Below, one piece after another: positions 31,129 through 41,012 of a stretch of DNA of 64,000 bases. This DNA is from Anabaena sp. 54 (GTDB lineage Bacteria; Cyanobacteriota; Cyanobacteriia; Cyanobacteriales; Nostocaceae): the NCBI GenBank assembly GCA_900299285.1, contig OMJF01000154.1:4306-68305 (forward strand). Reading direction: 5' to 3'. Position 1 is the first letter of the stretch; every line of letters starts with the position of its first letter. The translations under genes and the position numbers were made by a program. The notes under the pieces were generated by a model. The model was given only the letters and a program-made list of their open reading frames with translations, ran no database searches and was not told the origin of the DNA.

Positions 31129-32307
31129 ATGAATATCAAAATTCCTTTAGCGTGGCTACAACTTGTCCAGCAGAAACTTCGCTTTGTGATAGCTGTAGCT
31201 GGAATTGGCTTTATTGTGCTATTAATGTTTATCCAGCTAGGTTTTCAAGATGCACTATATTCTAGTGCAACAGCATTACATCAACGATTGAGCGGTGATT
31301 TGTTTTTAGTTAGTTCTCAATATAAATCTTTGACAGCAATTCAAAGTTTTTCTCGGACTCGATTATATCAAACATTAGGATTTGATGGTGTTGATTCTGT
31401 TAGTTCAATTTATTTGCAATTTGCGAAATTAAAAAATCCCATTAGTGGTGAGAAATATTCAATTTATGTCATTGGTTTTGATCCGGGAAAATCCGTTCTA
31501 GATATTCCAGAAGTTGAGCAAAATTTAGATAAACTCAAAATTCCTGATGTCATGCTATTTGATAGAGATGCCCGTTCAGAATTTGGACCAATAGCAGAAT
31601 TATTTAATCAGGGAAATATTCAACAACCAATTGAAATCTTTCCCTTTGATGCGATTAAGGGTTATCGGGTGCGAGTTGGGGGTTTATTTAGTTTAGGACC
31701 GTCCTTTGGTGTTGATGGTAATTTAATTGTTAGCGACTCAACTTTTTTAAGAATTAATCCTAATAGTCGTCCAGTGGAAAAAATAGATATGGGAGTGATT
31801 AAACTCAAATCTGGTGCTGATATAAAACGAGTTTTAAATAGTTTAAAAAACAAGCTCCCACAGGATGTAAAAATATTCACTCGTCAAGAATTTATTGATT
31901 TTGAAAAACAATATTGGTCTGTAAGAACTCCTATTGGTTTTATTCTTAACTTAATGCTGATTATGGCTTCTGTTGTTGGGGTGGTAATTGTTTACCAAAT
32001 TTTGTATAGCAACATTGCTACTCAATTTATTGCCTATGCCACTTTAAAAGCTATTGGTTATGCTAATGGATATTTATTAAATGTTGTTTTTCAACAAGCA
32101 TTAATCTTAGCATTGTTAGGTTATCTTCCTGGCTTTATTGTTTCCATTGCTTTATATGATTTTGCTATGAAAGCAACTAAATTACCTATCATGATGACAA
32201 GTAATAATGCCTTACTTGTCTTAGTATCTACAGTCTTAATTTGTATCACCTCTGGAGCATTAGCTATTAATAAACTGCGTTCTGCTGATCCGGCTGATAG
32301 TTTTTAG
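31129..32307 (+). CDS. hgdC: DevC-family ABC exporter permease HgdC
   Basis: IPLAWLQL, FIQLGFQDAL, YATLKAIGY, KLRSADPAD. Confidence 0.87.
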   Translation: MNIKIPLAWLQLVQQKLRFVIAVAGIGFIVLLMFIQLGFQDALYSSATALHQRLSGDLFLVSSQYKSLTAIQSFSRTRLYQTLGFDGVDSVSSIYLQFAKLKNPISGEKYSIYVIGFDPGKSVLDIPEVEQNLDKLKIPDVMLFDRDARSEFGPIAELFNQGNIQQPIEIFPFDAIKGYRVRVGGLFSLGPSFGVDGNLIVSDSTFLRINPNSRPVEKIDMGVIKLKSGADIKRVLNSLKNKLPQDVKIFTRQEFIDFEKQYWSVRTPIGFILNLMLIMASVVGVVIVYQILYSNIATQFIAYATLKAIGYANGYLLNVVFQQALILALLGYLPGFIVSIALYDFAMKATKLPIMMTSNNALLVLVSTVLICITSGALAINKLRSADPADSF

Positions 32308-32526
32308 GGATTTATTGTTCTGTAAATTAATCAAATTTTCCCCAATATTCTCTAAATTAAAACCAACCAAAGATAGAAATTTCATGTTATTAGCAACAGT
32401 AAAATTTTATTGTCAGTGCAACAGTTCTTAATTGCAATTTCCCGCAATTAGGAAATAAGGTTGTATTGCTTTCTCAACTGTATCATTATCGTCACACTCC
32501 CACAAAACACTTATCTATCTTTGAAC

Positions 32527-33531
32527 ATGAACTTGCAAAATAAAACTCTGCTAATTACCGGAATTGACGAATTTATTGGTTTACGTGCAGCCGAATTAGC
32601 CGTAGCTCAAGGGATGAAAGTTAGAGGTATACAAAGTTCCCAAATTAAAGATCAAACAGTGCGAAGTTTAGGTATTGAAATTGTAGTTGGTAATATCACT
32701 GATCCTGGAATTTGCTCAAAAGCTTGTCAAGGAGTAGATATAGTTTTACATACTGCTCAAATTGCCGAAGAAGCTGGGGATATTAAGCATTTTCGAGAAA
32801 TAAATGTCAATGGTACTATTAATATCGCCAAGGCTGCTAAACAAGCAGGTGTAAAAACATTTGTCCATCTTTCTAGCACTTTAGTATATGGGTTTGATTA
32901 CCCTGAGAAAGTTACAGAATTAGGTGTACTTTCTGGTGAAAATAATGCTTATTGTCAGACAAAAATTGAAGGCGAAATCGAAGTTTTAAAACTCAATAAT
33001 CCCGCTGAATTTGGAGTAATTGTAATTCGGGCTGGTGATGTTTATGGTCCTGGAAGTATTCCTTGGATTGTCCGGCCAATTCAGATGATGCGACAAAAAT
33101 TATTTGCCTATGCTAATGATGGTAAAGGTGTGATGAATCATCTATATGTAGATAACTTAATTGATGCTATCTTTTTAGCTATAGAAAAATCAGCCTATGG
33201 GGAAATTTTTAACATTACTGATGGTCAAGAAACTTCCTGGAAAGATTATTTTATTCATCTTGCTTCTCTCGAAGGTTTACCAGCGCCAATGTCTTTACCT
33301 AAAGAGGAAATGAAGTTATTTTTGCGTGTGCGTCTTCAGGGACAAAAACTATTCCGTAAAAAAGCTGATATTCTCCCGGAATCAGTTGATTTTATGAGTC
33401 GTCCTTATGCCTATTCTATTGCAAAGGCGCAAAATATTTTGAATTATCAAGCTAAAGTTAATTTAGCAGAAGGAATGGGTCGTACTCGTGAATGGTTGCA
33501 GAAAACTGACATTCAAAAACTGATGAAATAG
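32527..33531 (+). CDS. hgdA: NAD-dependent epimerase/dehydratase (HgdA-like)
   Basis: ITGIDEFIG, VHLSS, YCQTK, RAGDVYGPG; follows hgdC as in the Anabaena hgl island; ATG 32527 preferred over TTG 32461. Confidence 0.7.
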   Translation: MNLQNKTLLITGIDEFIGLRAAELAVAQGMKVRGIQSSQIKDQTVRSLGIEIVVGNITDPGICSKACQGVDIVLHTAQIAEEAGDIKHFREINVNGTINIAKAAKQAGVKTFVHLSSTLVYGFDYPEKVTELGVLSGENNAYCQTKIEGEIEVLKLNNPAEFGVIVIRAGDVYGPGSIPWIVRPIQMMRQKLFAYANDGKGVMNHLYVDNLIDAIFLAIEKSAYGEIFNITDGQETSWKDYFIHLASLEGLPAPMSLPKEEMKLFLRVRLQGQKLFRKKADILPESVDFMSRPYAYSIAKAQNILNYQAKVNLAEGMGRTREWLQKTDIQKLMK

Positions 33532-33578
33532 ATAAAGTTCTTCAAGGATAAATTTTCACAATTAGGAAGTTTTGACTA

Positions 33579-34037
33579 ATGTTTAAAATTGTAAACCTGT
33601 TCATTGCCACTTTGCTAACTATTAGCTTCACCGAAATAGTTCAGGCTGAATCAACAACATCATTAACTGTAGTTGTTAATGGTATTCGTAATCAAACCGG
33701 GGAAATTTGCATGAGAGTTTATAATTCTGAAAAAGGATTTCCGGATAATGCTAAAAGTGAAGTTAAAAGTGGCTGTACTAAAATTACAGGGACTTCTATT
33801 AAACAGGTATTTTCTGGATTAAAACCTGGTAATTATGCTGTGGCTGTAATTGATGATCAAAATGGCGATCGCAAACTCAATAAAGACTTTTTTGGGATTC
33901 CTGAAGAGGGTTTTGGCATTTCTAGAAATCCCATTGTTTCTATCAGCACTGGCACACCTAAGTTCAAAAATGCCAGTTTTAAAGTTGATAAGAATACTAC
34001 AATTAATATCTTTTTGAAGTATTCTCTTGATCCCTAA
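33579..34037 (+). CDS. DUF2141 family secreted protein
   Basis: Signal peptide; PGNYAVAVIDDQNGDRKL...GIPEEGFGISRNP motif. Confidence 0.85.
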   Translation: MFKIVNLFIATLLTISFTEIVQAESTTSLTVVVNGIRNQTGEICMRVYNSEKGFPDNAKSEVKSGCTKITGTSIKQVFSGLKPGNYAVAVIDDQNGDRKLNKDFFGIPEEGFGISRNPIVSISTGTPKFKNASFKVDKNTTINIFLKYSLDP

Positions 34038-34047
34038 TTTGAAGTTT

Positions 34048-34134
34048 AATACGGTTCAGTTAAGCCTAAAACTCTTTTTTTTAATGCACCACAAAGGACA
34101 CAAAAAGAAGAGAAATTCTTAACTAAACTGTATT
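34048..34134. mobile_element. 87-bp MITE-like element with 17-bp terminal inverted repeats
   Basis: AATACGGTTCAGTTAAG...CTTAACTAAACTGTATT (15/17 match); internal CCACAAAGGACACAAA repeat. Confidence 0.7.
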
Positions 34135-34218
34135 GATTGATAATTTACAATCGGGAGTTAGATATAGATGCTAACTCTTTTTCCTGACTCCTAAGTTATA
34201 TCTGAGACTATAGAGATA

Positions 34219-35478
34219 ATGCCAGATTTGATGATATTTCTATCTAAGTCTTTGTTGGGTTGGTTGCTAATTCAGAGTTGTTTAACGTTAATATTTTTAT
34301 GGTATTTACGTTCATACAAACCACAGTTATTACCAGATGAAAAATTACCAAAAACGGCAGTAATTCTTTGTTTAAGAGGTGCTGATCCATTTTTACATAA
34401 TTGTTTGCGATCGCTCTTACAACAAAATTACCCGCAATATGATCTAAAATTGATCATTGATAGTCAAGAAGATCCAGCTTTTAAAATTGCCAGTGAAACA
34501 ATCAATGAACTGGGTGCAACTAATGTCCAAATTAGCATTTTAAGAGCAGTTAATCATAATTGTAGTCTTAAATGTAGTTCTCTAATACAAGCTGTTTCTG
34601 ACTTAGATAATGCTTATCCAATTATCGCTTTTATTGATGCTGATACTGTAGTTCATCCTCATTGGTTACGAGAATTAGTTACTCCTCTTCTTGATGACAA
34701 AGTTGGTCTAACAACAGGGAATCGTTGGTATGTTCCCACTGGTAATTATTGGGGTTCATTAGTTCGCTACTCTGGTAATGTTTCTACAGTTGTGCAAATG
34801 TTTCTCTTTCAAATTCCTTGGGGTGGAACTTTAGCTATCAAAACAGAAGTCTTAAACCGCATCAAACTTTTGGATAAGTGGGGACAAGTATTAACAGATG
34901 ATATGCTTCTTCATAAACTTATCAAAAAACAAAAGTTACAAATTAAATTTATTCCTTCTTTATTGATGCTAAATCAGGAAGAAAGTAGTTTAAGTAACTT
35001 ACTAGAATCATTAAAAAGATTAATAATTAGTTTTAAACTTTATCACCCTGGTTGGTTAGCCATAATTAGTGAAGCATATTCTAGTATTCTCATACCCAAT
35101 CTAGTCATCCTCATCATTTTCTATCTCTTGCTTCACTCTCAATGGTACGCTGGATTTTTATTATTTTCCTCTTACATTTCCTACACCATTGGTTTGGTTT
35201 TACTCATGCTATTAATGGAAATATCAATACATCATATCCTATATAATCAAGGTAAAAAAATACCAAAATTATCGCCTTTAATTATCCTCAAAATGTTCAT
35301 AACTATCCCTTTAACACAGTGGGTTTATGGTTTAATAATACTATCTTCTTTGTGGACATCAAGTATTACTTGGCGGGGAATTACTTATCGAATACAAGGA
35401 CGCGAAAATATTCGGTTAATTGAATACCGTCCTTACCAATGGTTAGATCAACCAATTGATCCAAAAGCCTCTCTCTAG
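34219..35478 (+). CDS. GT2/ceramide-glucosyltransferase-like glycosyltransferase of the hgl island
   Basis: LCLRGADP, FIDADT, WGGTLA, TDDM, TWRGITY; immediately upstream of hglT. Confidence 0.82.
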   Translation: MPDLMIFLSKSLLGWLLIQSCLTLIFLWYLRSYKPQLLPDEKLPKTAVILCLRGADPFLHNCLRSLLQQNYPQYDLKLIIDSQEDPAFKIASETINELGATNVQISILRAVNHNCSLKCSSLIQAVSDLDNAYPIIAFIDADTVVHPHWLRELVTPLLDDKVGLTTGNRWYVPTGNYWGSLVRYSGNVSTVVQMFLFQIPWGGTLAIKTEVLNRIKLLDKWGQVLTDDMLLHKLIKKQKLQIKFIPSLLMLNQEESSLSNLLESLKRLIISFKLYHPGWLAIISEAYSSILIPNLVILIIFYLLLHSQWYAGFLLFSSYISYTIGLVLLMLLMEISIHHILYNQGKKIPKLSPLIILKMFITIPLTQWVYGLIILSSLWTSSITWRGITYRIQGRENIRLIEYRPYQWLDQPIDPKASL

Positions 35479-35593
35479 AGAATGGGTAAAATTTTAGATT
35501 TTTTATTTTCGCTTCCATATCTAAAATCCCCAAATCCAATAATTATTGGAAACTATCGCATCAGTAATATATTTTATCAGGAAAAATCATCTC

Positions 35594-36856
35594 ATGATTA
35601 TGAACAAAAAACCCCTTCGTATCGCCTTATTCACAGGATTATACGCTCCATTTTTAACAGGAGTTTCTGTTGCTGTACACCAGCGAGTTCACTGGTTATT
35701 AAAACAAGGGCATGAAGTTTTTTTAATTCACCCAGAAATTAATGATCAATACCCTCCACAAGTTGGTAAGCGTCCCATGTCAGGAATTGAAGAACTAGAA
35801 ACATTTATTAATTTTTCTGCTTATTCATTTCCCACAGAACCACTGATTTTTTATAAATCTTTACCCCAACCATTAAACTATCGTCATTGGAGTGATACAA
35901 AATTACTCACTCACTTTCAACCTGATATTATTGTTGTTGAAGAAGCCCCACAAATGCGAGGTTTATATTCTGGTTTTTTGCAAGGTTATGGACGTTCCGT
36001 GGGAGTAGAATATGCCAGAAAAACAAACACACCTATTGTTTCAGTTTTCCATACAGATATCATTGCCTATATTCAATATTATTTCGGTAACACAGTCTTT
36101 AATTTAGTGCGTCCTTTTCTGCCAATTTTAGTTAAACAATTTAGTGAAACTTATGATTTAAGTTTATTTTCTTCCCGTGAACAACTGGCTAAATACCAAA
36201 AATTAAAAGCTCAACGCGCCGAATATCTTCCCTATCAAGGAATTGATTGTCAAAAATTTCATCCCCGCAATATTTGTTATGATCCAATTCCTGATGATCA
36301 ACGTCCAACTATTTTATTTGTAGGACGTATTACTCCAGAAAAAAATGTTAATCAACTTTTAGATATTTATCCTCTCATTGCTGCTAAAATTCCTGATGTT
36401 CATCTAGTAATTGTTGGTAGCGGTCCTTTGGATGCAGAAATTCGTCGTCGCGCTGAAAATTTCCCCCATGGTGTCACTATTTGGGGTGAATCTCATGGTA
36501 AAGAACTTTTAGGTTGGTTTGCAAAAGCAGATATATTTGTTAACCCTTCTATCACCGAAAATTTCTGCACTACAACTAACGAAGCTTTAGCTTCTGGAAC
36601 GCCTGTAGTGGCCGTGGTCGCCCCTTCAACTGCTGAACAGGTTATTTCTGGGGTTAATGGTTTTCTAGCCGCACCTAATGACCCTAGAGATTTTGCCCAA
36701 AAAGTAATTACAATTCTCGAAAATCCTGACCTCAAAAATCAATTAACTCAACAAGCTCGTCCCTCAATTCTGGAATTTGATTGGTCAGCTTGTACCCAAA
36801 AGTTTGAAGATAAGCTTTATGAATTAGTTAATATCCGCCGAGAGGTAGATGTCTAA
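35594..36856 (+). CDS. hglT: heterocyst glycolipid glucosyltransferase HglT (GT4)
   Basis: LRIALFTGLYAPFLTGVSVAVHQR, VGRITPEKN, ENFCTTTNEALASG; start ATG 35594 or 35600 (ORF track 35546). Confidence 0.88.
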   Translation: MIMNKKPLRIALFTGLYAPFLTGVSVAVHQRVHWLLKQGHEVFLIHPEINDQYPPQVGKRPMSGIEELETFINFSAYSFPTEPLIFYKSLPQPLNYRHWSDTKLLTHFQPDIIVVEEAPQMRGLYSGFLQGYGRSVGVEYARKTNTPIVSVFHTDIIAYIQYYFGNTVFNLVRPFLPILVKQFSETYDLSLFSSREQLAKYQKLKAQRAEYLPYQGIDCQKFHPRNICYDPIPDDQRPTILFVGRITPEKNVNQLLDIYPLIAAKIPDVHLVIVGSGPLDAEIRRRAENFPHGVTIWGESHGKELLGWFAKADIFVNPSITENFCTTTNEALASGTPVVAVVAPSTAEQVISGVNGFLAAPNDPRDFAQKVITILENPDLKNQLTQQARPSILEFDWSACTQKFEDKLYELVNIRREVDV

Positions 36857-37052
36857 ATCAAACTCAAAAAAACGCCAATTTGGCTACTGAAATAGAAATA
36901 GCTCTGCTAGAGTATTTAAGTAGTTGACCTGTGGGCTTTTAGGTTCTTAGTTTGAGATATTGATAAAGCTATCTTGTGATCATTCTCAAGATTTCCTACT
37001 CGAATTGATCACCAGATTAGTATTATCCTCAATCGTGCCTAAAACTCTTTAT

Positions 37053-37083
37053 ACCTCAGAAGCACCAACTTCTGAGGTTTTTG
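37053..37083 (+). terminator. intrinsic terminator-like hairpin
   Basis: ACCTCAGAAG-caccaa-CTTCTGAGGT followed by a T run. Confidence 0.65.
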
Positions 37084-37206
37084 TGATTTTTTTGACAATT
37101 ATTCCTCTGGACTAGGATTATACTACACCAGGGACAGAATAAGCGTAACCTATTCTTCCCCAGTCGGCGTAACAGCTTACATAATTCTGCTATAAACAGC
37201 CCTAAA

Positions 37207-38088
37207 TCAGTGATGAAAGTGAATACCTATGAAAATATCATAGATAAATTCAAAAAAGTCCTGTTTCTGTAATAAACCGGAAGTTTGGGGACTGCCTTTT
37301 TCGTCCAATAACGGCTTCATTAAATAATAAGCCGGTTGATAATTATACCAAGGAATCGAAGGCCACAGATGATGAATTAAATGGTAATTCTGCCCTAAAA
37401 TCAGGATATTGAGAACCTTACCTGGATAAACCCGGGCATTTTTCCAGCGATTTGTTTCTACAAACGGACGGTGGGGTAAATAGTCAAAAAATAACCCTAA
37501 AGTTATTCCCACTAAAAAAGCGGGAATAAACCAAAAGTTAAGAATATAGCCCAAAAAGTGATATTGGACAGAAATATAAACAATAGTAATGATGATTAAG
37601 CGACTAATAAACCATTCTAGTAGTTCATAATTACGCCATAATCGTCTTTGGAAGAAAAATACCTCATGGTACAAAAATCTCACCGCAATTAACCACAGGG
37701 GTCCACCTGTGGAAACATAATGATCTGGGTCATCTTTAGGGTGATTAACATTACCATGATGTTGTAAATGTACTCGTGTAAATACTGGAAAAGCAAAGGC
37801 GAGAATTAAGGCACTACAATGGCCTAACATAGCATTAACAATTCGATTTCGATGGGCTGACTGGTGACAAGCATCATGAATAATTGTTCCAGAACAATGA
37901 AGTGCTAGTGTATTGATACTAAAACACAACCAATGAGGCCATTCCCACAACCAATACCCAAAATTAGATAAAACCAACATCATCACTACGACTAAAAACA
38001 TCAGCAGTGTGGGGTTAAAATCACCAGGAGGTGATAAAAGTTCTTTGGGGGGAATTGTCAGTGGCTTTTGTGCCTCCGACGTGAGCAT
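37207..38088 (-). CDS. crtR: beta-carotene hydroxylase
   Basis: HDACH, HLQHH, HLIHH boxes; MLTSEAQKPL N-terminus typical of cyanobacterial CrtR. Confidence 0.92.
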   Translation of the reverse strand: MLTSEAQKPLTIPPKELLSPPGDFNPTLLMFLVVVMMLVLSNFGYWLWEWPHWLCFSINTLALHCSGTIIHDACHQSAHRNRIVNAMLGHCSALILAFAFPVFTRVHLQHHGNVNHPKDDPDHYVSTGGPLWLIAVRFLYHEVFFFQRRLWRNYELLEWFISRLIIITIVYISVQYHFLGYILNFWFIPAFLVGITLGLFFDYLPHRPFVETNRWKNARVYPGKVLNILILGQNYHLIHHLWPSIPWYNYQPAYYLMKPLLDEKGSPQTSGLLQKQDFFEFIYDIFIGIHFHH

Positions 38089-38507
38089 TATTAACTCCTT
38101 TAATTCATAATTAATCTTTACGGATCATACTATTAATCTTAGTTAAGAGTAAAGTTATGTAAAGCAAGATTGATTTACAGTTCTGTTGAAGGGTCAATAA
38201 ATGAGGCTATGATTCTTGGCTAAACCAGTGCTTTTAGATAAAAAACTCTCTCAGAGGACTGTTGCCAATGTACGATATCAAATTTATACCATAATTATCT
38301 CCCTAACTGCCTGTAACATTGATTTAGCAGTTAATAAAAAAGACAGTTCGTTTAATTCATACCAATTTGCAAAATGATGGTGATCAATGGAAAAATGAAT
38401 TGCTGATACTGTCAGTCTTTCATCATCCAAAATCTTAGATCTCAAATGGTATAAGCAAAGATGACGAGAAATTCCCCGGTAGACTCCAAAAATCTTCAAC
38501 CCAGCCC

Positions 38508-40277
38508 ATGACGCAATTAAGAGATTCTCAGCGCCGAACTAAAATTGTTGCTACTATTGGACCTGCTACTAGTAGTCCAGAAATGCTGAAAGCAATTATT
38601 GAAGCGGGTGCTACAACCCTTAGACTCAACTTCTCCCACGGAACTCATGCTGATCATCAGCGTAGTATTCGGTTAATTAGGCAAACTGCTTTTGAATTAA
38701 ATAGACCAGTAGCAATTCTCCAAGATTTACAAGGTCCCAAAATCCGTTTGGGGCGATTTGAAAATGGTTCTATAATCTTAGCTAAGGGCGATCGCTTCAC
38801 TTTGACAAATCGCCCCATAGAAGGAACTCAAGAAATAAGTTGTGTCACTTACGATTACTTAGCAGATGAAGTTCCTGTGGGTGCAAAAATCCTCCTCGAT
38901 GATGGTAAAGTCGAAATGGTGGTAGAGGACATCAACCGCGAAAAAGGTGATTTACACTGTCGTGTCACAGTCCCAGGTAAACTTTCTAACAACAAAGGTG
39001 TTAATTTTCCGGGAGTTTACTTATCCATTAAAGCCATGACCGACAAAGACCGGGAGGATCTGATGTTTGGTCTAGACCAGGGTGTTGATTGGGTAGCACT
39101 TTCCTTTGTCCGTAATCCCCAGGATATCATCGAAATTAAAGAACTAATTTCTAGCACCGGTAAAAGTGTCCCTGTAGTTGCTAAAATCGAAAAACACGAA
39201 GCCATTGAACAAATGGAAGCAGTTTTGTCTTTGTGTGACGGTGTCATGGTCGCTAGAGGTGATTTAGGGGTAGAATTACCAGCAGAAGACGTACCCGTAC
39301 TACAAAAACGGCTAATTGCTACAGCTAACCGCTTGGGTATTCCCATCATTACCGCTACCCAAATGCTAGATAGCATGGTCAGTAACCCCCGTCCCACCCG
39401 CGCCGAAGTATCAGATGTTGCCAATGCAATTTTAGACGGTACAGACGCTGTAATGCTTTCCAATGAAACCGCCGTTGGTAGTTTCCCTGTGGAAGCCGTA
39501 GCCACCATGGCCAGGATAGCAGAACGCATGGAACAGGAGTACGCACAAAACCCCAACTCCCGTCAGTCACGAGATAATAAACCCTCTATTCCCAATGCTA
39601 TTAGTCAAGCAGTTGGTCAAATTGCGGAGAATTTGGGTGCGGCCGCCATTATGACTTTAACACAAACCGGGGCTACAGCCCGCAACGTTTCTAAATTCCG
39701 CCCGAAAACACCAATTTTAGCAATTACACCCCATGTTAACGTAGCGAGACAGTTACAGATGGTCTGGGGAGTTAAACCGCTATTGGTGTTAGAATTACCT
39801 TCCACGGGTCAGACGTTCCAAGCAGCTATCAATGTAGCCCAGGAAAAAAACCTCTTAACAGAAGGTGATTTAGTGGTAATGACCGCTGGTACACTTCAGG
39901 GGGTTTCTGGGTCAACCGACTTGATTAAGGTGGAAGTGGTGACTGCTATACTCGGCCAGGGAATTGGTCTAGGTCAAGGTTCAGTCAGTGGACGCGCTAG
40001 GGTAATTCATAATGCTATGGATGCCAGTAATTTTAATTCTGGTGATATTTTAGTAGCATCCCGCACAGGTGTGGATTTTGTAGAAGCAATTCGCAAAGCT
40101 GGGGGTATTATCACTGAGGAAGATAGTCTCACTAGTCACGCCGCAGTTATTGGTTTACGTTTAGGTGTACCAATAATTCTGGGTGTGAAGGAAGCAACAC
40201 AAGCAATTAAAGACGGTGCGATTTTAACTTTGGATATACAGCGAGGTTTGATTTACTCCGGCGCTGTGGGAACTTAA
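38508..40277 (+). CDS. pyk: pyruvate kinase with C-terminal PEP-utiliser mobile domain
   Basis: RTKIVATIGPA, RLNFSHG, KIEKHEA, MVARGDLGVE, TSHAAVI. Confidence 0.96.
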   Translation: MTQLRDSQRRTKIVATIGPATSSPEMLKAIIEAGATTLRLNFSHGTHADHQRSIRLIRQTAFELNRPVAILQDLQGPKIRLGRFENGSIILAKGDRFTLTNRPIEGTQEISCVTYDYLADEVPVGAKILLDDGKVEMVVEDINREKGDLHCRVTVPGKLSNNKGVNFPGVYLSIKAMTDKDREDLMFGLDQGVDWVALSFVRNPQDIIEIKELISSTGKSVPVVAKIEKHEAIEQMEAVLSLCDGVMVARGDLGVELPAEDVPVLQKRLIATANRLGIPIITATQMLDSMVSNPRPTRAEVSDVANAILDGTDAVMLSNETAVGSFPVEAVATMARIAERMEQEYAQNPNSRQSRDNKPSIPNAISQAVGQIAENLGAAAIMTLTQTGATARNVSKFRPKTPILAITPHVNVARQLQMVWGVKPLLVLELPSTGQTFQAAINVAQEKNLLTEGDLVVMTAGTLQGVSGSTDLIKVEVVTAILGQGIGLGQGSVSGRARVIHNAMDASNFNSGDILVASRTGVDFVEAIRKAGGIITEEDSLTSHAAVIGLRLGVPIILGVKEATQAIKDGAILTLDIQRGLIYSGAVGT

Positions 40278-40408
40278 ACCTGTATCATTTTTAAGTTTCA
40301 GTGTGTATCTCATTTAACTGCTTACCGCTATAAAAATTCACAAAAATAAAAGACGTGGAGACGCAAAAGGCGTTTTCTGCGTCTTAGTTTTTATGAAAAA
40401 TGAACCAA

Positions 40409-40434
40409 GTTCGCGTAGCGTCCCGTCAGGAATA
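40409..40434 (+). repeat. SDR-like 26-nt small dispersed repeat
   Basis: GTTCGCGTAGCGTCCCGTCAGGAATA; shares 5' GTTCGCGYAGCGT and a hairpin with the reverse complement of 16287-16312. Confidence 0.6.
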
Positions 40435-40519
40435 GCAGTGAAGGACACGAAGGAAGAAGAAGGTTATTAGGACTTCTGAAGAATTTAGCATATTAGGTAT
40501 TCAAGAACCATAAAATATA

Positions 40520-40715
40520 GAAATTAATCCTGATGAAATTTGGGTAAATATTCGTGATTATCGTCCAGGAAGAGAGGTGATTTGGTGATTCGCTTTTTAT
40601 GAGATAAAAATATCATTTCTGAACCATTAAGGATAGAACCTAATCAAATAGTATTACCAGAAGTGTTGAATGTTAAGATTTTGAGGATATTGTCCAAGTT
40701 GTGCATTGGCATTGA
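40520..40715 (+). pseudogene. decayed antitoxin-PIN toxin (vapBC-like) operon remnant
   Basis: ...IEINPDEIWVNIRDYRPGREVIW* overlaps via GTGA (40585-40588) with VIRFL*DKNIISEPLRIEPNQIVL, then frameshifted (NVK)DFEDIVQVVHWH*; PIN N- and C-termini with the middle deleted. Confidence 0.6.
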
Positions 40716-40823
40716 TGATACCAAATTTAAGCAGTTAATGACTCTATTCTCAATAAACAAGGGATTTTACCTGGGTGAAACCCAAACATTGTAAAGTTTC
40801 ATTGCAGGATTCAACACTTCTGC

Positions 40824-41012
40824 TTAGAGGGATTATTAGAAATTTTTACTCCCTATTGAGAAATTTATGTCGAATTAGCTCAAGTATTACCATGAGAACA
40901 ACTTATGTCCTATGGTGATGTTCAAATGGTAGAAGAAAAAGCGGTGAGATTTATTGTTGAGCAAGAAGCATTAACTCAGACTGTGTCCCGGATTTTAGCA
41001 GATGTTAGTTAA
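40824..41012 (+). pseudogene. 3' fragment of an ABC transporter ATP-binding protein gene
   Basis: LEGLLEIFTPY*EIYVELAQVLP*EQLMSYGDVQMVEEKAVRFIVEQEALTQTVSRILADVS*; two in-frame TGA stops. Confidence 0.6.

Noticed and set aside
29829-32307. DevB/DevC pair lacking an ABC ATPase as a defect
   Set aside because: hgdBC also lack a linked ATPase gene in the reference Anabaena island, as recalled.
35482-35715. 77-aa ORF between the GT2 gene and hglT
   Set aside because: Overlaps the hglT start in another frame; low complexity and no motif.
12075-36856. PKS cluster as a novel secondary-metabolite pathway
   Set aside because: Gene order and domains match the well-known heterocyst glycolipid island.
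38284-38499. 71-aa minus-strand ORF between crtR and pyk
   Set aside because: No recognisable homology; it occupies the divergent promoter region.
39950-40277. Extra C-terminal domain on pyruvate kinase
   Set aside because: The PEP-utiliser domain fusion is a known feature of cyanobacterial and Bacillus pyruvate kinases.
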